Positions 49,274 to 59,874 of a stretch of 64,000 nt of DNA are shown here, piece after piece (the first letter of the stretch is position 1; each line of letters opens with the position of its first letter). Source of the DNA: Squalus acanthias (taxonomy: Eukaryota); the NCBI GenBank assembly GCA_030390025.1, contig JASTWF010000035.1, forward strand, positions 1,612,001-1,676,000, written 5' to 3'. Under the pieces are notes generated by a model. The model made no database searches. It had not been told where the DNA came from and worked only from the letters and a program-made list of their open reading frames with translations. Both the position numbers and the translations under genes were made by a program.

Positions 49274-51900
49274 TGCGAGAGACTGAGTGCGAGAGAGAGA
49301 GAGTGCGAGAGAGAGAGAGTGAGTGCGAGAGAGAGAGAGTGAGTGCGAGCGAGAGAGAGAGAGTGAGTGCGAGAGAGAGAGAGTGAGTGCGAGAGAGAGA
49401 GAGAGTGAGTGCGAAGAGAGAGAGAGTGAGTGCGAGAGAGAGAGTGAGTGCGAGAGAGAGACAGAGTGAGTGCACGATAGAGAGACAGAGTGAGTGCGAG
49501 AGAGAGTGAGTGTGAGAGAGAGTGCGAGAGAGAGAGAGAGACTGACAGAGTGTGAGAGAGAGAGAGATTGAGTGCGAGAGAGGAGAGAGAGTGCGAGAGA
49601 GAGAGAGAGTGCGAGAGAGAGAGAATGAGTGCGAGAGAGAGAGACTGAGTGCGAGAGAGAGAGAGAGTGCGAGAGAGAGAGAGAGTGCGAGAGAGAGAGA
49701 ATGAGTGCGAGAGAGACAGAGAGAGTGCGAGGAGGAGTGAGTGTGAGAGAGAGTGCGAGAGAGAGAGAGAGACTGAGTGTGAGAGATAGAGAGTGAGTGC
49801 GAGAGAGAGAGAGTGAGTGCGAGAGAGAGAGAGTGAGTGCGAGAGAGAGAGAGTGAGTGCGAGAGAGAGAGTGAGTGCGAGAGAGAGAGAGACTGAGTGC
49901 GAGAGAGAGAGAGACTGAGTGTGAGAGAGAGGAGAGTGAGTGCGAGAGAGAGAGAGTGAGTGCGAGAGAGAGAGAGTGAGTGCGAGAGAGAGAGAGAGTG
50001 CGAGAGAGAGAGAGGAGTGAGTGCGAGAGAGAGAGTGAGTGCGAGAGAGAGAGAGTGAGTGCGAGAGAGAGAGAGAGTGAGTGCTGCGAGAGAGAGAGTG
50101 AGTGCGAGAGAGAGAGAGTGAGTGCGAGAGAGAGAGAGAGAGTGAGTGCGAGAGAGAGAGAGAGTGAGTGCGAGAGAGAGAGTGAGTGCGAGAGAGAGAG
50201 AGAGTGAGTGCACGAGAGAGAGAGAGAGAGTGAGTGCGAGAGAGAGAGTGAGTGTGAGAGAGAGTGCGAGAGAGAGAGAGAGACTGAGTGTGAGAGAGAG
50301 AGAGAGATTGAGTGCGAGAGAGAGAGAGTGCGAGAGAGAGAGAGAGTGCGAGAGAGAGAGAATGAGTGCGAGAGAGAGAGACTGAGTGCGAGAGAGAGTG
50401 CGAGAGAGAGAGAGATTGAGTGCGAGAGAGAGAGAGAGTGCGAGAGAGAGAGAGAGTGCGAGAGAGAGAGAATGAGTGCGAGAGAGAGAGACTGAGTGCG
50501 AGAGAGAGAGGAGAATGAGTGCGAGAGAGAGAGAGAATGAGTGCGAGAGAGAGAGAGAGATTGAGTGCGAGAGAGAGAGTGCGAAGAGAGAGAGAGAGTG
50601 CGAGAGAGAGAGAATGAGTGCGTGAGAGAGAGACTGAGTGCGAGAGAGAGAGAGAGAATGAGTGCGAGAGAGAGAGAGAGACTGAGTGCGAGAGAGAGAG
50701 AGAGTGCGAGAGAGAGACTGAGTGTGAGAGAGAGAGAGACTGAGTGTGAGAGAGAGAGACTGAGTGTGAGAAGAGAGAGAGAGTGAGTGTGAGAGAGAGA
50801 GAGACTGAGTGTGAGAGAGAGAGAGAGACTGAGTGCGAGAGAGAGAGAGAGTGCAAGAGAGAGAGAGAGAGAGACTGAGTGAGAGAGAGAGAGTGAGTGC
50901 GAGAGAGAGAGAGAGTGAGTGCGAGAGAGAGAGAGAGTGAGTGCGAGAGAGAGAGACTGAGTGCGAGAGAGAAAGAGAGTGAGTGCGAGAGAGAGAGAGA
51001 GTGCGAGAGAGAGAGAGAGAGTGAGTGCGAGAGAGAGAGACTGAGTGTGAGAGAGAGAGAGTGCGAGAGAGAGAGAGTGAGTGCGAGAGAGAGAGAGAGT
51101 TAGTGCGAGAAGAGGAGAGAGAGTTAGTCCGAGAGAGAGAGAGAGTTAGTGCGAGAGAGAGAGAGTGAGTGCGAGAGAGAGAGAGAGTACGAGAGAGAGA
51201 CTGAGTGCGAGAGAGAGAGTGAGAGTGAGTGCGAGAGAGAGAGAGAGAGAGAGNNNNNNNNNNNNNNNNNNNNNNNNNNNNNNNNNNNNNNNNNNNNNNN
51301 NNNNNNNNNNNNNNNNNNNNNNNNNNNNNNNNNNNNNNNNNNNNNNNNNNNNNNNNNNNNNNNNNNNNNNNNNNNNNNNNNNNNNNNNNNNNNNNNNNNN
51401 NNNNNNNNNNNNNNNNNNNNNNNNNNNNNNNNNNNNNNNNNNNNNNNNNNNNNNNNNNNNNNNNNNNNNNNNNNNNNNNNNNNNNNNNNNNNNNNNNNNN
51501 NNNNNNNNNNNNNNNNNNNNNNNNNNNNNNNNNNNNNNNNNNNNNNNNNNNNNNNNNNNNNNNNNNNNNNNNNNNNNNNNNNNNNNNNNNNNNNNNNNNN
51601 NNNNNNNNNNNNNNNNNNNNNNNNNNNNNNNNNNNNNNNNNNNNNNNNNNNNNNNNNNNNNNNNNNNNNNNNNNNNNNNNNNNNNNNNNNNNNNNNNNNN
51701 NNNNNNNNNNNNNNNNNNNNNNNNNNNNNNNNNNNNNNNNNNNNNNNNNNNNNGAGAGAGTGAGTGCGAGAGGGAGAGAGTGTGAGAGAGAGAGAGAGAG
51801 AGTGAGTGCGAGAGGGAGAGAGTGTGAGAGAGAGAGAGAGTGCGAGAGAGATAGAGAGTGAGTGCGAGAGAGAGAGTGAGGGAGAGACTGAACGTGTGAG
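35297..51900. repeat. Large GA-rich satellite, (GA)n spaced by GTGAGTGC / CTGAGTGC / CTGAGTGT
   Basis: Direct inspection; spans an assembly gap. Confidence 0.97.
51254..51753. other. Assembly gap (500 N)
   Basis: N run. Confidence 1.
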
Positions 51901-51909
51901 TGAGACATA

Positions 51910-53346
51910 AGACCTGATTGTAAGTCTGCCCACCTTATGGGAAGGGAGCGGGCACTTTGATAAAATGCAGGTCGGGCAAGTCCCACTGCATTCCCGAAAC
52001 GATCATGCCCGCCACCATTTTAACTGCCAGGCTTGCGGCAGCGTCAGGGATCGGCCGGCGCGGACAGGCGGGAGCTGATTAATATTTAAATGTGCTCCAG
52101 TTACGGAATTTGAAGTGCTCCTCTGGGTCCCTTGGAAACCTTAGGCCTGCCTCCTCTGTCCCGGGCTTCACTCCCCTTCCCCTTACCTTCCATCACCATT
52201 TATCTCAGTGCTGAGAACTATTCCCTCGACTCAATTCCCATTCCTGTCCGCTCGCCCGCCACTTCCTCTGCATTTCCGTCGGTTTCGGCTGGGACTAATG
52301 AGTTCCAGGAGTCCAAATGGCCCAGGTTTGACGCCAGGTGCTGTGTGGGGCACTTCCCAATCTCCTTGGCCCTGCAGGTCACAATCACATTCCAAGTTAA
52401 AATCAGGCTCCAGTCTGAATGAGAGAGACTGTGAGCAAGACTAAACGTCAAGGAGTGTGAGTGAGATCGTGGGTTTCCACCAAAGCTCCGCTGAAGTTAC
52501 AACTGCGAAGCCAGAGAAGACCCTGGAGAAACTCGCCCCCTGTGATAAACAGAGACTCAGATTATGGGGGAACTTTAAGTCTTGTTCAAATGCAGTGGGT
52601 GAAATTTACGTGAATCGGGGTCCTGTTACGCCAGTAGGACCCCGACTCCATGTTGACCCGACAGCAACAACCTGGTCGGAGCAGCGACGATTCCCTGTAA
52701 AGTGAGTTTAGAACTTCCCTTTATGGAGTCGGAGTGTCGGCCTCCCCTGTCCAGACTGCCCCAGAAACCCCATTGGCCCCCCAGCCATTCCCACACTGAC
52801 CATTGGCCCCCCAGCCATCCCCACACTGACCTTTACCCCATTGGCCCCCCAGCCATTCCCACACTGACCATTGGCCCCCCAGCCATCCCCACACTGACCT
52901 TTACCCCATTGGCCCCCCAGCCATCCCCACACTGACCTTTGCCCCATTGGCCCCCCAGCCATCCCCACACTGACCTTTGCCCCATTGGCCCCCCAGCCAT
53001 CCCCACACTGACCTTTGCCCCATTGGCCCCCCAGCCATCCCCACACTGACCTTTGCCCCATTGGCCCCCCAGCCATCCCCACACTGACCTTTGCCCCATT
53101 GGCCCCCCAGCCATCCCCACACTGACCTTTGCCCCATTGGCCCCCCAGCCATCCCCACACTGACCATTGGCCCCCCAGCCATCCCCACACTGACCTTTGC
53201 CCCAGCGAGCCGCCGTTTGCCGCTTACAGCCGGGATGTTGGCCAGCGGCATTTTAATGAGGCCTGGATGTTAAAATGGCTGCTGATGCCGGTTGGGCCGA
53301 CTGCTTGTGAGGCTACTTTCCTGCCCGGGTGTTAAAATTCCCCCCA
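51910..53346. mobile_element. Possible non-autonomous Harbinger-like (MITE-type) element
   Basis: The right end gttaaaattcccccc resembles the Harbinger TIR and has GC-rich subterminal sequence; a left TIR is not clearly seen. Confidence 0.35.
52768..53203. repeat. Minisatellite, 38-bp unit CCCATTGGCCCCCCAGCCATCCCCACACTGACCTTTGC with 30-bp variants
   Basis: About 12 tandem units with no unique spacers. Confidence 0.95.
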
Positions 53347-53539
53347 TATCTGCAAACACATGTGATGATGTACGTGAGAGTGTGTAAGAAGGAATGAGTG
53401 TGAAAGGGCTGTCTGACTGAGCATATGGTGGTGCGAAGGTTTTGTGTCAGTGTTAACCAGTTCGTGCAATGCCTTATTAGTGGCGTTAGAGGATGATATT
53501 GGAACGTATTCATTGAATGTTACTTCTGTTCCCTCTTAG

Positions 53540-53682
53540 GACAGCCGGTCGACATTTTTGGGTGCTGCTGCTACCCTCGCCCATGAGCTCGGACACAATC
53601 TGGGACTCTCACACGACACTGAATCACGGAATTGTAACTGTGCAGATGCGAAAGCCGGCTGCATCATGGAAGAAGCACTAGG
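53540..53682 (+). CDS. ADAM catalytic exon ([48 protein letters not shown])
   Basis: ctcttAG acceptor, GTGAGA donor, 143 nt; HExxHxxGxxHD zinc motif and CIM Met-turn; ADAM12/15/19/33-like, orthology not resolved. Confidence 0.95.
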
Positions 53683-53868
53683 GTGAGAAACACATTCAAA
53701 CAATGTGGCTGGTGTTGGTGGATCTCATTCCCACTGCGCCATCTAATAGTAAGAATGAACCCTTCCGAGCACTAACACAGGGCTAGTGGGATGATTTGTA
53801 TTCCCGAGGAACATAGTCTGTGGGTGTAATTTAATTTGGCGTGTTATGTCACAATTGCAATATTACAG

Positions 53869-54812
53869 GTTAGGCAACTAATGGGAGGAGGAGGCTCCAT
53901 GAACATCTCAATCTTCAATCGTGGTGGAGCCCGGCACATGAGTGCAAAAGGCAAGGCAGAGACAAAAGAGAGAAAGTGCTGGAAATGGCCTGCAGGTCAG
54001 GCAGCATTTGTGAGAGAAGAGAAAAATTAATGTTTCAAGTGGTCCTTCTTCAAATCAAGGCTGAAGTGTTTGCAAATGCCCTCAACCAAAAGTGCCGAGT
54101 GGATGATCCTACATAAGATCATAAGAAATAGGAGCAGGAATAGATCAATCGTCCTTCGAGCCTGCTCCGCCATTGAATAAGATCATGCTGATCTTCTACC
54201 TCAACCCCTTCCCTCACTAAAATAGAATCATTGAAACTTACAGCACAGGAGGAAACCCTTCGGCCCGTCGTGCCTGTGCTGGCTCTGTGAAAGAGACGTC
54301 GTGCTTAGTCCCACAACCCCGCATTTTGTCTGGAACCCTGTAAGTTCCTCATCCTCAAGAACCCGTCCAACTCCCCTTTAAAATTATTGATGGAATCAGC
54401 TTCCACCACCTTTTCAGGTCGAGCGTTCATCTCCCCTCTCGATCTTTTTCCAATGATTTTGAATTTATGACCTCGAGTTATTGACCAGAGGTACTATTTT
54501 TTCTCGATTTCCATCTTTCCTGACGTGTGGTGCCCAGAAATGTCCACAGTACTCCAGCTGAAGCCTAACCAGTGTTTATAAAGTACCAGCATGATCTCTT
54601 TGTTTTTATATTTTATGCCTCTATTTATAAACCCAAGTAACCCATATGCTTTTTTAACCACCTTATTAACTTGCCCCGCCACCTTTAAGGATTTGGGTGT
54701 ATGGACACCAAGGTCTCTCTGCTTGTTTCACTTATCATTTATAGTATACTGTCTTTCCATATTAGTCCTCTCAAAGTGCATCACTTCACATTTCTCCGCA
54801 TTGAACCTCATT
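53869..54812. mobile_element. Mosaic of short LINE fragments (60261-family piece, PLE pseudo-LTR-like remnant, CR1 3' fragments)
   Basis: 53869-53957 and 54056-54110 match ~61710-61845; CR1 tails at ~54110 and ~54222. Confidence 0.7.
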
Positions 54813-55983
54813 TAAAAAAAATAAAATCATAGAAATTTGCGGCACATCGGAGGGAATTTTTGGGGGGTCAGCGAGCGCATTTGGTGGTGGGTGAGTTGGA
54901 AAATTTTGTTTTTGACAGGGGGTCGGGACCCCGCTGTCAACTCGCCGCCACGCGCTTTTCCCAGATGTCAGGTCTGTCAGCGCTGAACAGACCCAACATG
55001 CAGCAGTGGGGGAGGCAATTCAAGTCATTATGACATAAGAAATAGGAGCAGGAGTAGGCTATTCGGCCCCTCGAGCCTGCTCCACCATTCAATAAGATCA
55101 TGGCTGATCTGATCTTGGCCTCAACTCCACTTTTCTGCCTGTTCCCCATAACCCTTGACTCCACTGTAGTTCAAAAATCTGTCTATCTCAGCCTTGAATA
55201 TATTCAATGACCCAGCCTCCACAACTCTCTGGGTAGAGAATTCCACAGATTCACGACCCTCTGTGAGAAAAAATTCCTCCTCATCTCCATCATAAATGGG
55301 CAACCCTTTATTCTAAAACTATGCCCCCTAGTTTTAGATTCCCCCATGAGGGGAAACATCCTCCCAGCATATATCCTGTCAATCCCCCTCAGAATCTGAT
55401 ATGTTTCAATAAGATATCTATCTTTCTTCTAAACTCCAATGAGTATCGGCCTAACCTACTCAAACTTTCCTCATAAGATAACCACTTTATCCCAGGAATC
55501 AACCAAGTGAACCTTCTCTGAACTGCTTCCAATGCAAGTATATCCCTCCTTAAATAAGGGGACCAAAACTGTACGCAGTACTCCAGGTGTGGTCTCACCA
55601 ATGCCCTGTGCAGTTGTAGCAAGACTTCCCTACTTGTATATTCCATCCCCCTTGCACTAAAGGCCAACGTTCCATTTGCCTTCCTAATTACTTGCTATAC
55701 CTGCATGTTAGCTTTTTGTGTTTCATGTACGAGGACACCCAGATCCCTTTGTACCGCAGCATTCTGTAATCGCTCTCCATTTAAATAATATTTTGCTTTT
55801 CTATTCTTCCTACCAAAGTGGATAACCTCACATTTTCCCACATTATACTCCATCTGCCAAATTTTTGCCCACTCACTTAACCTATCTATATCCCTTTGCA
55901 GACTCTATGTCCTCCTCACAACTTGCTTTCCCATCTATCTTTGTATCATCCGCAAATTTGGCTACAATACACTCGGTCCCTTC

Positions 55984-56374
55984 ATAGAAAAAACATAGAA
56001 ACATAGAATCTAGGAGCAGGAGTAGGCCATTCGGCCCGTCGAGCCTGCTCCACCATTCAATACGATCATGGCTGATCATCCAAATCCAGTACCCTGTCCC
56101 TGCTTTAATCCCCACAGTACACATATCCCACCCTACCCCCATAACCCCACGTATTTAATTCCCCCTAACATATCCCATCCTATCCCCATAACCCCACATA
56201 TTTAATCCCCCCCTAACACTAAGGGTCAATTTATCATAGCCAAATCAACCTAACCCGCACATTTTTGGACTGTGGGAGGAAACCGGAGCACCCGGAGGAA
56301 ACCCACGCAGACACGGGGAGAATGTGCAAAGTCCACACAGACAGTCACCCGAGGTCAGATTCGAACCCGGGTCC
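55984..56374 (-). mobile_element. 5'-truncated V-SINE with an alternative CR1 tail
   Basis: Body matches 24105-24310; tail matches 25270-25395. Confidence 0.82.
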
Positions 56375-56858
56375 AAGTCATTGATATAGATTGTAAATAG
56401 TTGAGGCCCCAGCACTGATCCCTGTGGCACCCCACTAGTTACAACCTGAAAATGACCCATTTATCCCGACTCTGTTTTCTGTTAGTTAGCCAATCCTCTA
56501 TCTATGCTAATATATTACCCCCAACACCATGAACTCTTATCTTGTGCAGTTGTGGAACCTTATCGAATGCCTTTTGGAAATCCAAATACACTTAAACTAC
56601 TAGTTCCCCTTTATCCACCCTGCTCGTTACATCCTCAAAGAACTCTAATAAATTTGTCAAACACGATTTCCCTTTCATAAAACCATGTTGACTCTGTTTG
56701 ATTGTATTATGATTTTCTAAATGCCCTGCTACTACGTCCTTAATAATGGATTCCAGCATTTCCCCAATGACAGGTGTTAGGCTATCTGGCCTATAGTTTC
56801 CAGCTTTCTGTTGCCCTCCTTTCTTGAATAGGGGCGTTACATTTGCGGTTTTCCAATA

Positions 56859-58380
56859 CAGCAAAGACTATGGGCCCCAACAACATCCCGGCTGTCGTGC
56901 TGAAGACTTGTGCTCCAGAACTAGCCGTGCCTCTAACCAAGCTGTTCCAACATAGCTACAACACTGGCATCAATCCGACAATGTGGAAAACTGCCCAGGT
57001 ATGTCCTGTCCACAAAAAGCAGGACAAATCCAATCCGGCCAATTACCGCCCCATCAGTCTACTCTCAATCATCAGCAAAGTGATGGAAGGTATCGTCGAC
57101 AGTGCTATCAAGCGGCACTTACTCACTAATAACCAGCTCACTGATGCCCAGTTTGGGTTCCGCCAGGACCACTGGGCTCCAGACCTCATTAGAGCATTGG
57201 TCAAAACTTGGACAAAGGATCTGAATTCCAGAGGTGAGGTGAGACTGACTGCCCTTGACATCAAGGCAGAATTTGACCGAGTGTGGCATCAAGGAGCCCT
57301 AGTAAAGCTGAAGTAAATGGGAATCGGGGGAAAGCTCTCCACTGGCTAGAGTCATACCTAGCACAAAGGAAGATGGTTGTGGTGGTTGGTGGTCAATCAT
57401 CACAGCCCCAGGACATCGCTGCAGGAGTTCCTCAGGGCAGTGTCCTAGGCTCAACCATCTTCAGCTGCTTCATCAATGACCTTACCTCCAACATAAGGTC
57501 AAAAATGGGGATGTTCGCTGATGTTCAGTGCCATTCACAACTCCTCAGATAATGAAGCAGTCTATGTCCGCATGCAACAAGACCTGGACGACATTTAGGC
57601 TTGGGCTGACAAGAGGCAGGTAACATTCACGCCACACAAGTGCCAGGCAATGTTTATCTTCAACAAGCGAGAGTCTAACCACCGCCCCTTGACGTTCAAC
57701 GGCATTACCATCGCCGAATCACCCACCATCAACATCCTGGGGGTCACCATTGACCAGAAACTTAACTGGACCAGCCACATAAATATTGTGGCAACAAGAG
57801 CAGGTCCGAGGCTGGGTATTCTGCTGCGAGTGTCTCATTATCTGACTCCCCAAAGCCTTTCCACCATCTACAACGCACAAGTAAGGAATGCCTGGATGAG
57901 TGCAGTTCCAACAACACTCAAGAAGCTCGACACCATCCAGGACAAAGCAGCCCACTTGATTTGGCATCCCATCCACCACCTTAAACATTCACTCCCTCCA
58001 CCACCGGCGTACCGTGGCTGCACATCCACAAGATGCACTGCAGCAACTCGCCAAGGCTTCTTCGGCAGCACCTCCCAAACCCACGACCTCTTCCACCTAG
58101 AAGGACAAGGGCAGCAGACGCATGGGAATACTATCACCTCCAAGTTCCCCTCCAAATCACACACCATCCTGACTTGGAAATATATTGCCGATCCTTCATC
58201 GTTGCTGGGTCAAAATCCTGGAATTCCCTCCCTAATAGTACTGTGGGAGTACCTTCACCACACGGACTGCAGCGGTTCAAGAAGGCAGCTCACCAGCACT
58301 TTCTCAAGGGCAATTAGGGATGCGCAATAAATGCTGGCCTTGCCAATGACATCCAGATCCCATGAACGAATAAAGAAAAA
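56859..58380 (+). mobile_element. 5'-truncated LINE of the 60261-63487 family
   Basis: [48 protein letters not shown]; same 3' tail. Confidence 0.9.
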
Positions 58381-59874
58381 ATATCCGCTGGAAACTTTCC
58401 AGAATCTAGTGCAGCCGCTTCTTTTAAGACCCTGGCATGCAGGCCATCAGGTCCAGGGGACTTGTCAGCCTTTAGTCCAATTAGTTTGTCTAGTACTTTT
58501 TCTTTAGTGATAGTGATTGTTTTAAGATCCTCCTTCCCTTATGCCCCTTGATTTTCCACTATTATTGGGATGCTTATAGTGTCTTCAACCGTGAAGACAG
58601 ATACAAAATATTTGTTCAAAGTCTCTGCCATTTCCTTGTTTCCCATTATTAATTCCCCAGTCTCATCCTCTGAGGGACCAATGTTTACTTTAGCTACTCT
58701 CTTCCTTTTTATATACTTGTAGAAGCTCCTACTGTCTGTTTTTATATTTCTTGCTAGTTTACTCTCATAATCTATTTTCTCCCTCTATTATTTTTTTAGT
58801 CATCCTTTGCAAAATTCTAAAAATGTCCCAATCTTCTGGCCTAACACTAATCTTTGCAACATTGTATGCCTTTTCTTTCAATTTGATATTCTCCTTAACT
58901 TCCTTAGTTAGCCATGGATGGTTCATCCTTCTCGTAGAGTCTTTCTTTCTCACTGGAATATATCTTTGTTGAGAGTTATGAAATATCTTCTTAAAAGTCT
59001 GCCACTGCTTATCTACTGTCTTACCCTTTAATCTATTTTCCCAGTCCACTTTAGCCAACTCTCTCCTCATACCCTTGTAATTGCCTTTATTTCAGTTTGA
59101 GATACTAGTTTCAGACCCAAGTTTCTCACCCTCAAACTGAATGTGAAATTCAACATGTTATGATTACTCTTCCCTAGAGGATCCTTTACTATGAGATCAT
59201 TAATTTATCCTGTCTCATTACACATTACCAGATCTAAAATAGGCTATTTCCTGGTCGGTTCCACAATGTATTGTTCTAAGAAACCGTCCTGAATACACTC
59301 TATTAACTCGTCCTCAAGGCTACCTTTGCCAATTTGATTTGTCCAATCTATATGAAGATTAAAATCGCCCACGATTGTAGTAGTACCTTTCTTACAAGCC
59401 CCCATTATTTGTTGATTTATACTCTATCCTACTGTGTAGCTACTGTTTGGGGGCCTATCGACTACGCCCACCAGTGACTTCTTTCCCATTATTTCTTATC
59501 TCCACCCAAACTGATTCTACATCTTGATCTTCCAAGCCAAGATCATTTCTCACTACTGTACTGATTTCATCCTTTATTAACAGAGCTACCCCACCTCCTT
59601 TTCCTTTCTGCCTATCCTTCTGAAATGTCAAATAACCCAGAATATTCAGTTCCCAGCTTTGGTCACCTTGCAACCACATTTCTGTAATGGCTATCAGATC
59701 ATACCCATTTATTTCTATTTGAGCCGTCAACTCATCTATCTTGTTACGAATGCTGTGTGCATTCAGATAAAGAGCCTTTAATTTTGTCTTTTTACCATTT
59801 TTCCCTACTCTGACCCTATTTGCTGGTACACTCTTATGCTTGTACACTCTGTCTCTTCCTGTCACACTCTGGAA

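Larger units (their letters stand above)
55033..59870 (-). mobile_element. CR1 with nearly full ORF2, interrupted by a V-SINE and another LINE
   Basis: EN N-terminus LYLNAHSIRNK..DLIAITE (59455-59865), collinear RT pieces, tail at 55033. Confidence 0.88.

Noticed and set aside
35265..51986. Giant ORFs (2304, 2744, 2012 and 1078 aa of SLSL../RERE..)
   Set aside because: Stop-free frames of the GA/TC satellite, open in several frames and across Ns; not genes.
52768..53203. CRISPR-like periodicity
   Set aside because: Head-to-tail repeats without unique spacers, no cas genes, eukaryotic context.
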